In this document: positions 25,790-34,966 of the stretch, in pieces | How positions within the stretch are numbered: position 1 is the first letter of the stretch | Layout: the number at the start of each line of letters is the position of its first letter | Source: a virus | Taxonomy: Duplodnaviria > Caudoviricetes | Strand: one strand, 5' to 3' | DNA length: 54,112 nt | Virus record (IMG/VR): IMGVR_UViG_3300048636_000181 | Span: 1 to 54,112 of that record | The notes under the pieces: generated by a model | What the model saw: only the letters and a program-made list of their open reading frames with translations | Databases searched by the model: none | Told to the model about the DNA's origin: nothing | Made by a program: the position numbers and the translations under genes

Positions 25790-26221
25790 ATGTCCGATCA
25801 AGACCGTGGTTTCTACCACAAGTTCATTGTCCGGCGTGTCGACGAAACTGACGGCCCCGGAAGGAAGCACGAAGGTTGCGAATACTTCGTGCTCGACCTG
25901 ACCCATGATAAGCACGCCCCAGCGGCGCTACGTACCTACGCGGAAAGCTGTCAGGATGAGTATCCCATGCTCGCAGCTGATCTTCGGGAAAAGGTCGGCG
26001 GCTGGCGGCCCCCGGCAATGCAGGATCGCGAGGACGGCCTCGAAGTGCTGGCCTTCCACCGAGGCAAGTGGCGTCACGTCCGGTGGAACGATGAACATAA
26101 GGGTTGGCATCTTCACTGGGGAGGGCCGTTCCTGAGCATCCAGCATGACGAAGAGATCCACTTCGCCCCTCTCCCTCCGAAGCCCGAGGATGCCGAAGGT
26201 TTCTACGACTGGAAGAGCTGA
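25790..26221 (+). CDS. hypothetical two-module phage protein
   Basis: TAGGAG RBS; common phage module 'YFVLDLTHDKHAPAALRTYA..C...YP.LAADL'. Confidence 0.65.
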   Translation: MSDQDRGFYHKFIVRRVDETDGPGRKHEGCEYFVLDLTHDKHAPAALRTYAESCQDEYPMLAADLREKVGGWRPPAMQDREDGLEVLAFHRGKWRHVRWNDEHKGWHLHWGGPFLSIQHDEEIHFAPLPPKPEDAEGFYDWKS

Positions 26222-26421
26222 TGGAATACGCTTTTCTGATATACGGCGCGGGATTGATCGTCATCTACCTAAATGAGACAGGTGCCGCGCGTAATGACCA
26301 AGAGGCTTTCGAAGCGATTCTGACCGCGATTCTCTGGCCGCTGTTTTTCGTCATCTTGATCTGCGTTGGGATTGGTCTGGCGGTTGAGTGGGGCGTCCGG
26401 AAGGTGCTGCGTCGTGGCTAA
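26221..26421 (+). CDS. small membrane protein
   Basis: Two hydrophobic segments; 'AILWP' motif. Confidence 0.55.
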   Translation: MEYAFLIYGAGLIVIYLNETGAARNDQEAFEAILTAILWPLFFVILICVGIGLAVEWGVRKVLRRG

Positions 26422-26442
26422 GTCGTTCAAAGGCGGTGGCCG

Positions 26443-26830
26443 CATGAAGATCGAAATTCGCGGCAAGGTTTATCATAGCGCTGATGAGGCGGCGCTCGTT
26501 CTGGGGGTTTCGCGTAATACAATTTACTCGGCTCTTAGCAAAGGTACTCTCGATACAGTCGGGCTTGGGCCGGGCAGATACGACCGTAGGAAGCCCGTGA
26601 CCTATTTCGGGGTAACATTCGACTGCCTCGCAACTGCTGCTGCAGAGCTGGGCTACTCCTGCAAGCAGTCGGTCAATGATGCTCGACGGCTTAGACCACA
26701 TCTTTTGCGCTTGCGAGTTATGCGATACGTCGCTAAGCTAGAACAGCAGCGCTTCAAGGATGAAGAGCTCGAAGACATCAAACCCGTGGGCGGAGGTATC
26801 CACCATGTCAAGAAAAGAAATTCTGATTGA
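26443..26830 (+). CDS. tandem HTH (NUMOD1-like) DNA-binding protein
   Basis: 'GKVYHSADEAALVLGVSRNTI' and 'GVTFDCLATAAAELG'; the start could be GTG 26414. Confidence 0.6.
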
Positions 26831-27116
26831 GCGAATCCTGTATTCGCCGACCTCCGACGCAAGCCGGGCAGCGCTCGCCGAGTTCGAGCAGCTGATCCGC
26901 GAGGAGGCGCTGACAAAGGGGCGGGATGAGGGGCTGCTAGCGGCGGCAATGTGGCACCAAGAAGTCTCTGATCACGATGCACAGGGGATGGAGTATTCGT
27001 CTCTGGTAGGCATCCAGATAGCTAACAGGAAAGAGCTAGATGTCAGCGTAAAGACTCACAATTGGTGCCGAGACGAAATCCTATCTCTCCGCGACCAGAA
27101 GGAGCCGAAGGGATGA
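26805..27116 (+). CDS. hypothetical protein
   Basis: GGAGG RBS before ATG 26805. Confidence 0.55.
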   Translation: MSRKEILIERILYSPTSDASRAALAEFEQLIREEALTKGRDEGLLAAAMWHQEVSDHDAQGMEYSSLVGIQIANRKELDVSVKTHNWCRDEILSLRDQKEPKG

Positions 27117-27367
27117 GCCTGAAAGATCAACTGGACGCTGTCGAAGCCGAGGCGGCCCGACTGCGGCGCGAGATAGCGTCCGGTCCATGTCGAGAATATG
27201 GCCACGACTGGCAATCTTATGGCGGCAGGAACGCCGGATGCGACAAGGATTGCGGCTGCTCGGTTCCCGTCAACGTGTGCGCCAAGTGCGGCGACTGCGA
27301 CTATGGGGAAAACGACGAGGCGCGCGAAATAGTCGCTCTCTGTATGGCAGAGGAGCCGAAGAGATGA
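27113..27367 (+). CDS. small Cys-rich putative metal-binding protein
   Basis: C...GHDW...CxxxCxC...CxxCxxC. Confidence 0.6.
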   Translation: MSLKDQLDAVEAEAARLRREIASGPCREYGHDWQSYGGRNAGCDKDCGCSVPVNVCAKCGDCDYGENDEAREIVALCMAEEPKR

Positions 27368-27660
27368 GCGGGATCGACCGGGAGAGGAAAGTGGCGCTCG
27401 TAGCCAGCATCCCCCAGCCTTGGCGCGGTGTTGTGGTCGAGCTGGAAGCCGCCCTAGCCGCCGCAGAGGCGCGGGCCAAGGCTGCGGAGGAGCGCCGCGA
27501 CAATATCAGCGAAGCACTGGCGGAAATGGTCGAGGAGGTTGGCTTCTTTCTGCGCAACTTTGACGTTGGCAAGCCTGTTCATGCCAACCGGATGCGCGCC
27601 AGCGCCGTTCACGCCCGCGCCGCCCTCACCGACAAAGGAGGCACCCACAATGACGGATGA
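27364..27660 (+). CDS. hypothetical coiled-coil protein
   Basis: GAGGAG RBS; ATGA overlap. Confidence 0.55.
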   Translation: MSGIDRERKVALVASIPQPWRGVVVELEAALAAAEARAKAAEERRDNISEALAEMVEEVGFFLRNFDVGKPVHANRMRASAVHARAALTDKGGTHNDG

Positions 27661-28216
27661 CGTGCACATCTCTGCGGCGGCAATGCGCGCCTATCGCATC
27701 ATGAAGCCGGAGGGTCAGAACGCGACAACAGACCCGGAAGATTTCGACAAAGCGATTGCCGAGTTGCTTGCCATAGCCGACGCCCTGCGTCCCGCGCGAT
27801 CCAAGCCAATGACCGATGACGAACTGGACGCGCTGGCGCACCTCGTGAAACCGCTGGAGTGGTCCGAAAGAATGGTTTTCGGCACCAGAAAATGGCGGGG
27901 CCGGGGTCAGTTCGGGGAGTTCGCCTCGTTCTCCGGCAACGACCTGACGGAAGAGCAAGTGGCCGCGGAGAAGGCGGAGATAGAAAGCGACTACACCCGC
28001 CGCATCCTCTCGGCCCTGAACCTCGACGCCCTACGCTCTCCCCCTGCGTACGTGGGGGAGGCGGCGCGGGTGCTGCTGGCTATCGAAAACCGTAAAGCGG
28101 TGCATTCCGCATGCGAAGGACACAGCAAAGTCTACAAGTTCGACGCGGTGTTACGGGCCCTCGCAGAGACCACCAAGGGGGACGCCGAGAATGCCTCTGA
28201 AGTCCCTGAAGGCTAA
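27650..28216 (+). CDS. hypothetical modular protein
   Basis: AGGAGG RBS; 'VKPLEW' module. Confidence 0.55.
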   Translation: MTDDVHISAAAMRAYRIMKPEGQNATTDPEDFDKAIAELLAIADALRPARSKPMTDDELDALAHLVKPLEWSERMVFGTRKWRGRGQFGEFASFSGNDLTEEQVAAEKAEIESDYTRRILSALNLDALRSPPAYVGEAARVLLAIENRKAVHSACEGHSKVYKFDAVLRALAETTKGDAENASEVPEG

Positions 28217-28601
28217 GGGCAGCGCTGGGGAGCGGGAACTCGCCGCTCTCCTCACAGCCTATGCCCACGAAGCCGGTGTCGTCGTCGACCTCACTCGAAA
28301 CCTTGAGCAAACCCGAGGCGGTGGCCATGATCTTCTCGGATTAGAAGACTACGGTATGGCGGTCGAGGTGAAGCGCGTCGAACAGATGCAGATGAACAGC
28401 TGGTGGGCTCAAGCCGTCCGTCAGGCAGAACGGGTCGATAAACATTGCATCCCGGTTCTCGCTTGGCGCCAGAATCGAAAGCCGTGGCGCTTCAGAGTTC
28501 GGACATGGATTTTCCCGTGCTCAGCAAGGAGGCTTGATATAGACTTGGAGTTGTCAGAGTTCAAGCTCTGGTTTCAGGATCAGTTGCTTAAGGAGCGATA
28601 A
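28191..28601 (+). CDS. Holliday junction resolvase (PD-(D/E)xK)
   Basis: 'KAKGSAGERE', 'RNLEQTRGGGHDL', 'AVEVKR', 'WWAQA', 'PVLAWRQNRKPWR'. Confidence 0.8.
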   Translation: MPLKSLKAKGSAGERELAALLTAYAHEAGVVVDLTRNLEQTRGGGHDLLGLEDYGMAVEVKRVEQMQMNSWWAQAVRQAERVDKHCIPVLAWRQNRKPWRFRVRTWIFPCSARRLDIDLELSEFKLWFQDQLLKER

Positions 28602-28604
28602 GCA

Positions 28605-28844
28605 ATGACGACCGACTTCAAGAAATGGATCGACCAGACGGCCCCGTGGCTCGTCCGGGATCGGCATAAGATGTACGCAACCTTCGGCGAGTCGAAAAGC
28701 TGGTTGTGCTATGTCGCTCTTAATCATGGGCACCGCAGTCTGACATGGGTTGAGCGTATGGTTCATGCTTACCCCGACGAGGCGGTCTTCTTCGACCCCG
28801 AGTTCTACGAAGACACTCACACCTGCAAGGAGCACATGGAATGA
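28605..28844 (+). CDS. hypothetical protein
   Basis: AAGGAG RBS. Confidence 0.55.
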   Translation: MTTDFKKWIDQTAPWLVRDRHKMYATFGESKSWLCYVALNHGHRSLTWVERMVHAYPDEAVFFDPEFYEDTHTCKEHME

Positions 28845-29023
28845 TTTTCACGACGGTGATTCTCTGGACGACCGCCGCTAGCTGCTGGCTTGGGTGGTGG
28901 TTTACTCGAAACTTCGGCCCGGAATGGGATTATGTCATGCTCGGCGGAGCGGTAGCTACCACGACCCTCGCCGTGGTCTACTCTTCGCTGCTTGCCTATA
29001 TCGACCGGGGGTATTGGAAGTGA
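28841..29023 (+). CDS. small two-TM membrane protein
   Basis: Hydrophobic; ATGA overlap. Confidence 0.5.
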   Translation: MIFTTVILWTTAASCWLGWWFTRNFGPEWDYVMLGGAVATTTLAVVYSSLLAYIDRGYWK

Positions 29024-29181
29024 GACGCATACCTTTTATGGGCTGGCTTGTCTTGCTCTGCATCGTCATCTACGGCTCCATCATCTGGTGGGCTCTCGCA
29101 TGAGGGTCGACGTCGAGGCGGCAAGAGCCGACCTCATCAACCACTGCCCGCTCTGCCGGGCGCTTCACGAAGGAGAAGACC

Positions 29182-29487
29182 ATGTTTAAATTCCTACTCC
29201 CGCTTGCTCTGATGGCAGGCACCGCCACCGCGAACGGGCTCCCGTCGCAAGAGTGCTACAGCGTCGCCAAGATCGGCCGCAGCATGATGGAAGTTCGGCA
29301 GGCGGGCGCTTCGCTGACCGACGTCCTGCTCGAAATGCCGGATACGAGCCACGGTCAAATCGCTCGGGCGCTGGCAGTGATCGCCTACGGCATGCCGCCG
29401 ATGATAACCGCGGCTGGTCGCCTGAAGGCCATCAACCAGTTCGAGAGCCAAGTGCTGGCTTCGTGCATGCGACTGGAGGGCAACTGA
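29182..29487 (+). CDS. putative exported protein
   Basis: Signal-peptide-like 'MFKFLLPLALMAGTATA'; two Cys near the termini. Confidence 0.6.
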   Translation: MFKFLLPLALMAGTATANGLPSQECYSVAKIGRSMMEVRQAGASLTDVLLEMPDTSHGQIARALAVIAYGMPPMITAAGRLKAINQFESQVLASCMRLEGN

Positions 29488-29488
29488 C

Positions 29489-29713
29489 ATGGGCGAGAAC
29501 GAGAAAGCCATGCACGATGCTCTGGCCCCGGTGCGACAGATGCTGTCGGGCAGTCCGCACTACGAAACCGACGCCCAGAAGACGGCAGCGGCAGGCGGGC
29601 TTCTGGTCGAGGTCTGCGTGCAGCTGGCTCGCATGAACGACTACCTTGCGACGCTCGAAATCCATCAGCAGGGGATCTACGACGAAATCGCGGCGTGGCG
29701 TCGCAATGGTTGA
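29489..29713 (+). CDS. hypothetical protein
   Basis: GGAGG RBS. Confidence 0.55.
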   Translation: MGENEKAMHDALAPVRQMLSGSPHYETDAQKTAAAGGLLVEVCVQLARMNDYLATLEIHQQGIYDEIAAWRRNG

Positions 29714-29856
29714 GGCCCCTATTGCCCGGCGTCGCGTCCTCGTCGATCACGACACCGCCGTTGTCTCCGGAAGGCGGTTCGCCTCCCGGTACGTCACGCT
29801 CCCCCGAGAGCCTTGGAACACCGAGTCCGATCCCGAAGAGATACAGCAAAAGCTTC

Positions 29857-29885
29857 GTGACGAAGAAGACTAGGCTCGGTATAAA
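29857..29885 (+). promoter_or_regulatory. sigma70-type promoter candidate
   Basis: GTGACG-17-TATAAA upstream of 29911. Confidence 0.5.
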
Positions 29886-29910
29886 GGGGGAGGCAACTTA
29901 GGAGCGAACC

Positions 29911-30420
29911 ATGACTGCCTTTAACTTTACCGCCTCGACCAAAGTTCAGTGCGACTCTCGAACCTATTACCCGAACAAGCCCCTCGCCCAGACCGCAGCA
30001 AACCGCGGGCAGAAGGAGTTCGAAGATCAGGGCGTCTTCAGCGCCGTGGCGCAGTTCGTCCCCGACAAGGGGTACGTCGCCGTTCTCTTCTCGGAGAAGA
30101 ACATCCCCGAGGCATGGGAAGGCGGCTTCGAGGTTCGGACGACCGAGGAGATGAACTCCAAGGCCGCGACCCCGAGCGACTGGGCGAGCCCGAAGAAGGC
30201 AAAGCCGGCCGCGTCCCCGGCCTCCCCCTCGGGGGCCGCCACTCCTTCCCCGAAGGGCGCCACCGGCAAGGTCTGGGAGATTGCGAGCGCCATGCACGCC
30301 GAGACACCACTTCAGCGGTCGGATCGACCCCGGGTCATTGCCGCCTGTGAAGAAGCGGGGATTAACAAGGCTACCGCGGCGACGCAGTGGTCGAAATGGG
30401 CAAAAGCGAACGGGGTTTGA
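29911..30420 (+). CDS. hypothetical protein with shared C-terminal helical domain (paralogue 4)
   Basis: TAGGAG RBS; 'TGKVWEIASAM...RVIAACEEAGINKATAATQWSKW'. Confidence 0.75.
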   Translation: MTAFNFTASTKVQCDSRTYYPNKPLAQTAANRGQKEFEDQGVFSAVAQFVPDKGYVAVLFSEKNIPEAWEGGFEVRTTEEMNSKAATPSDWASPKKAKPAASPASPSGAATPSPKGATGKVWEIASAMHAETPLQRSDRPRVIAACEEAGINKATAATQWSKWAKANGV

Positions 30421-30879
30421 ATGGACTATCTTATTGTTGAGTGTTCAAACACTCTTGAGTTCTCGACATGGGGAGAGGACTTCGGGGTGTGGATTCCGAT
30501 CGCCAAGGAAAGACAAGAAGGTGGGCGGGTGGTGAAAAAGGCCGCCATGCCCGGCTACGCCTTCATTCCAAAGCCTGCGGTGATTCGATGCATGGGAGCG
30601 GCCCCCGCGAAGTTTCGGGTTCGCGTACTATGGGGGTTTCTCTCGGCCAGTCTTGTGCCCGATACCGAGCTGGCGGTCATGCAGCAGATTCTAAATGACG
30701 AGTTCATCCCAGCGAAGGAGACGAAAGCTCCGTCTCCTAAAGCGATCGGGGACTGGATTACCATCAAAGCTGGTCCTTTCAAAGATTGCACCGGGCGTGT
30801 CGTATCTATTAAGCCCGGGTACTGTCGAGTCCTTCTAGGGAAGCGATATGTTTCTATTGTTTCCGAATTACTAAGTTGA
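30421..30879 (+). CDS. NusG/RfaH-family transcription antitermination factor
   Basis: NGN-like 'AAMPGYAFI' and 'VPDTEL'; KOW motif 'IGDWITIKAGPFKDCTGRVVSI'. Confidence 0.8.
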   Translation: MDYLIVECSNTLEFSTWGEDFGVWIPIAKERQEGGRVVKKAAMPGYAFIPKPAVIRCMGAAPAKFRVRVLWGFLSASLVPDTELAVMQQILNDEFIPAKETKAPSPKAIGDWITIKAGPFKDCTGRVVSIKPGYCRVLLGKRYVSIVSELLS

Positions 30880-31012
30880 TTTAAAGATTTTTCTTGAATC
30901 ATCATTCGGGCTATGGTTCATTCATAGGTGAGGCCCCACTCGAGCAACATATAAGGGACAGCCGGAAAAGCTACTTGTTGGCGAAGGGGTTAGACTGTTC
31001 GGGGAGCCCCAC

Positions 31013-31528
31013 TTGTCCTATTACGCCGCCATTCTAAATACCTCAGCGCCGCGCGTTATCCTGACGCCGCGGGACCTGAAGTCTCAGGCAGCTGATTACT
31101 TCCAGTGGGTCGAAGATCATCCTCTGCTTGAAGAAAAGGCGTTCGCCCACCAAGGGATCGTGGCCCGAGAAGAGCTTGCCAAATGCCGAGCCTTCAGTTT
31201 CAAGGCGCTTGCTTCGCATATGGGGTTGACCACGGCGCAGCTCTCCAAATACAGAAGCTATGGACCGGAGTGGGAAGAGGCGTTCGACCTGATCGACCAG
31301 ATCATCTACTCACAGAAGTTCGAGAACGCCGCCGCGGGGCTCCTGAATGCCACGATCATCGGACGCGATCTTGGTCTCGTCGAGAAGTCCGAACGAGACC
31401 TCAAATCGAGCGACGGCAGCATGAGTCCTCCGCAGGGGCCGAGCGAAGCCGACTTGATCGACCGGGCGCGCCGCCTCGGAGTCGATCCTTCGATCCTCGG
31501 GCTTGGTGTCGACGACGATGCCGAATGA
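31013..31528 (+). CDS. terminase small subunit (P22 gp3-like)
   Basis: 'YFQWVEDHPL', 'IYSQKFENAAAGLLNATIIGRDLGL'; upstream of TerL. Confidence 0.85.
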   Translation: MSYYAAILNTSAPRVILTPRDLKSQAADYFQWVEDHPLLEEKAFAHQGIVAREELAKCRAFSFKALASHMGLTTAQLSKYRSYGPEWEEAFDLIDQIIYSQKFENAAAGLLNATIIGRDLGLVEKSERDLKSSDGSMSPPQGPSEADLIDRARRLGVDPSILGLGVDDDAE

Positions 31529-33035
31529 TCTTTCGGACATTGACCGTCTGCTGTCAGATCTAGAAGCCCGGAAGCGCGCCACCGCGCTGCGGCCCGAGGG
31601 CTCGGTTCTGGACTTCGCCAAGTGGTTCTTTGTCGATCGCGAAGGGATGGCTTTCATTGAAGGCCCCCACCACCGCGTCATGGCGCGCGTCCTCGACGAA
31701 GTTCTGCAAGGCAAGAGAAACCGAGTCATTATTACCCCGCCTCCCGGCTATACCAAGACGGACATGGCGGTGGTCAACTTCATCGCCAAGGGGTTTCAGG
31801 TCAACCCGGGCGCCCGGTTCATTCACGCGACCTTCTCCGACCCGCTCGCGCGGGAGAACTCCGACAAGATCATGGAGATCATGGAGAACCCCGAGTATGC
31901 GGCGATCGCCGGGGAGCAAGGTCCCGCGAAACTACGGCACGATACCACGGCTAAGGATCGATGGAAAACGGAGCAAGGCGGTGGCCTGCTCGCGAAGTCC
32001 GCAGGTGGTCCGATCACTGGTTTCCGCGCTGGCTTGATGGACAAGAAGAAGTTCACCGGAGCGCTGGTGGTCGATGACCCCCTTAAGCCTGATGACGCTT
32101 TCTTTCCGAAGAAGCGTCAGAACGTCAATAAGCGAGCCACTAACACTTTCCGGTCTCGCTTGGCTCATGAAGGGGTTCCAATTCTCGTCATTATGCAGCG
32201 GTTGCATGATGACGACTTCGTCGGCCATCTTCTCCGCGGAGGGTCCGGGGACGTCTGGGACCACCTCGACCTTTCGGTCTGGATCGACCGTGACCGAGAG
32301 TACCCGAAGGACTGGACGCATGGGCGGCCGATCCCTCACGACCTGCCGAATGGGCCGCTCTGGGAAGAGAAGCACAGCGCCAAAGAGATTGAGATTCTAA
32401 AGGTCGACGAGTATACCTACGCCAGTCAATATGACGGGCGGCCGGTCTCGGTCGAAGGCGCGCTCTTCGATATGGATTACCTCAACTGGTATTCCGCGCA
32501 CCAGTTGCCCCCGATAGAATACTGTATGGTATTCGGGGATACGGCGCAAAAGACTGAAGAGCGGAACGACTATAGCGTCTTCCAGCTCTGGGGAAAACAA
32601 AAGAACGGCCCGAACATTTACCTTATTGACCAGATCAGGGGTAAATGGAGCGCTCCGGACCTCGAAAAGTATGCGTTGGCGTTTTGGAAACGGCACCGGA
32701 TTCTTCGACAGGGGAGCCTTCGCAGCCTTCAAGTTGAGGATAAGTCGTCCGGCACTGGCCTTATTCAGTCCTTGAGTCGATCAGGGATTCCGGTCAGAGG
32801 GATTCAGCGTGAGCGGGACAAGTATATGAGGGGCCTTGATACCGCTCCTTATGTCAAGTCGGGCTATATCTACTTGCCTGAAGATCGCCCGTTCACTAAC
32901 GACCTTCGAATCGAACTTCAAAGGTTTGATGGTCTCGGAACGGGTCATGACGACCAAGTCGATCCGCTAATGGATGCGGTCGAGAAAATGCTTGGCGGTA
33001 GAGGTTACCGTCTGCAGGAAGCAATGGGACACTAA
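31518..33035 (+). CDS. terminase large subunit
   Basis: 'PPGYTKT', 'VVDDPLKP', 'IMQRLHDDD', 'DTAQK', 'EDKSSG', 'HDDQVD'. Confidence 0.93.
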   Translation: MPNDLSDIDRLLSDLEARKRATALRPEGSVLDFAKWFFVDREGMAFIEGPHHRVMARVLDEVLQGKRNRVIITPPPGYTKTDMAVVNFIAKGFQVNPGARFIHATFSDPLARENSDKIMEIMENPEYAAIAGEQGPAKLRHDTTAKDRWKTEQGGGLLAKSAGGPITGFRAGLMDKKKFTGALVVDDPLKPDDAFFPKKRQNVNKRATNTFRSRLAHEGVPILVIMQRLHDDDFVGHLLRGGSGDVWDHLDLSVWIDRDREYPKDWTHGRPIPHDLPNGPLWEEKHSAKEIEILKVDEYTYASQYDGRPVSVEGALFDMDYLNWYSAHQLPPIEYCMVFGDTAQKTEERNDYSVFQLWGKQKNGPNIYLIDQIRGKWSAPDLEKYALAFWKRHRILRQGSLRSLQVEDKSSGTGLIQSLSRSGIPVRGIQRERDKYMRGLDTAPYVKSGYIYLPEDRPFTNDLRIELQRFDGLGTGHDDQVDPLMDAVEKMLGGRGYRLQEAMGH

Positions 33036-34963
33036 TGCGCTTCGCCGACAGACTTCAGAACTACCTGTCCGGAATGGGGACCTCGCGGGACAAAAGTTCC
33101 GCGAACGTTCGGGTTGCGACCGCGCTTACCCCGCAGCAGATTCTCGAAGCCTACCGGGATAGCTCGATCGCCGCGCGAATCATCGACCTTCCCGCGCAAG
33201 ACTCGGTTCGGGAATGGCGGGAATGGCAAGCCTCTGGCGATGACATCTCCCTCATTGAAGCCGAAGAAAAACGGCTGCAACTTTCGCTGCGGTATTTTGA
33301 GGCCATCCAGCTCGCCCGTCTCTGTGGGGGCTCGGCCCTCTATATCAGCACCGGCGAGCAAGGAATCGAACGGCCGCTTGATCCTTCGAAAATCGCAAAA
33401 GGCGGGATCAAGTTCATCAGCCTGTTCGATCGGTATGCTCTGAGCGGCGAAGGGATTGTGAACGATCCGGACTCGGAATACCACCGCCGCCACGAGTTCT
33501 ATAAGTTCAATTCTTCGAAGCGAGACAGCATTCGGGTCCATGCCTCGCGGCTGGTCATCTTCGACGGAAAGACTATTCCCTCGTTCGGGAACAGCCTCGT
33601 AAGCGTCGATGGATGGGGAGATTCGGAACTCAACTCTCTGATCACCGAGATCAATGCGGTCGATTCGACACTCGCTAATCTCGTCGCTATGGTCTTTGAG
33701 GGTAAGATCGACATCCTCAAGGTCCCCGAGCTGATGGATCACATGCTCGCCCCGGACCATGCGAACTATACTCGGGCTCTTCAAGAACGCCTCGAAACCT
33801 TCAGCCTGTCCAAAGGGATTCATGGCATGGGGGTCATCGATGGAGACGAAGAGTTCGACAGCAAGTCGATTTCGTTCTCTGGGGTCAAAGACGTTGGGGT
33901 TTTGGTGATGCAGTTCCTTGCGGGCTGCGCCGGCATTCCGATGACGAAACTGTTCGAGATGTCGCCGGCCGGTATGAACGCCACCGGTGAATACGACGAC
34001 AAGAATTATAATGACAGCATCAAAATCTTCCAGACGCTGAAGCTGCAGCCGCGGTGCCATATCCTCGATGAGTGCTTGATCCGCTCCGCTACCGGAACGC
34101 GCGATGAAGATATTCATTATAACTGGCGGCCGCTCGACGCTCCGTCCCCGAAAGAAATTGCCGAGATTGGAGACAAGGTTATTTCTGCTCTCGACAAAGT
34201 CTCGAAGATGAAACTTCTTCCGGATGAAGTCGTGGCAGAAACCCTCATTACCACTTCGGCAGAACTCAAAATTCTGCCCGGCCTCGAAGCCGCGATGAAC
34301 AAGTACTTCGACGAGAATAGCCTCGACGGGGACTACGCCGCGATGCTTGAGAATGAGGCACCCGACCCTGCCGAGGCCGGCGCCCTTCTCCCCGAAGGCG
34401 AGGCGGGAGCCGCAGTTCCCCCGGCAGCGGCCCCAGCCGATCCACGGAGGCCGCAACTCCGGGCCGCCAAAGACATGGCGCCGACGCCTCTATACGTCCG
34501 TCGCGATGTCCTGAACGGGGAAGAAATCCTGTCGCATTACCGAGCGCAAGGGATCAAAGATCTTTATGCGCCGGAGTCCATGCATGTTACCATTATCTAT
34601 TCCAAGGCTCCGGTCGACTGGATTAAGATGGGTGAGGCATGGAACTGGGATCATGAAAACGGGAATATGACGGTCAAGCCGGGCGGCCCCCGTGTGATGG
34701 AGATCTTCGGGGAACGTCGGGATGTTTTGGTCCTTCAGTTCGCTAATAGCGCCCTCCAGTATCGGAACATGGAGATGCGGGATCGTGGGGCGTCTTCGGA
34801 CTTCGAGGACTATCTGCCGCATATCAGCATTTCCCTTTCGCCCGATAATGCAACCCTCGATCCCATGTCGATTAAGCCTTACCGCGGCGCCATTGAACTC
34901 GGCCCCGAGATCTTCGAGAAGATTGCCAGCGGTGACTGGCGCGAAAAGGTAATCAAGGAGTAA
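33035..34963 (+). CDS. portal protein (DUF1073-like) fused to a C-terminal Acb1-like 2H phosphoesterase
   Basis: Portal motifs 'IIDLPAQDSVREWR', 'IPMTKLF..SPAGMNATGE.D..NY.D'; Pro/Ala linker; HxT 'MHVTIIYS' and HxS 'PHISIS'. Confidence 0.85.
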   Translation: MRFADRLQNYLSGMGTSRDKSSANVRVATALTPQQILEAYRDSSIAARIIDLPAQDSVREWREWQASGDDISLIEAEEKRLQLSLRYFEAIQLARLCGGSALYISTGEQGIERPLDPSKIAKGGIKFISLFDRYALSGEGIVNDPDSEYHRRHEFYKFNSSKRDSIRVHASRLVIFDGKTIPSFGNSLVSVDGWGDSELNSLITEINAVDSTLANLVAMVFEGKIDILKVPELMDHMLAPDHANYTRALQERLETFSLSKGIHGMGVIDGDEEFDSKSISFSGVKDVGVLVMQFLAGCAGIPMTKLFEMSPAGMNATGEYDDKNYNDSIKIFQTLKLQPRCHILDECLIRSATGTRDEDIHYNWRPLDAPSPKEIAEIGDKVISALDKVSKMKLLPDEVVAETLITTSAELKILPGLEAAMNKYFDENSLDGDYAAMLENEAPDPAEAGALLPEGEAGAAVPPAAAPADPRRPQLRAAKDMAPTPLYVRRDVLNGEEILSHYRAQGIKDLYAPESMHVTIIYSKAPVDWIKMGEAWNWDHENGNMTVKPGGPRVMEIFGERRDVLVLQFANSALQYRNMEMRDRGASSDFEDYLPHISISLSPDNATLDPMSIKPYRGAIELGPEIFEKIASGDWREKVIKE

Positions 34964-34966
34964 CCC

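Noticed and set aside
25590-25790. tRNA or hammerhead ribozyme
   Set aside because: No cloverleaf with a T-loop and acceptor stem, and no CUGANGA/GAAA core; kept only as an unclassified structured region.
33032-34456. 474-aa antisense ORF (likewise 49977..51374, 39124..40176 and 45259..46095)
   Set aside because: These are shadow ORFs opposite well-supported genes, expected from GC-rich codon bias, and they carry no motifs.
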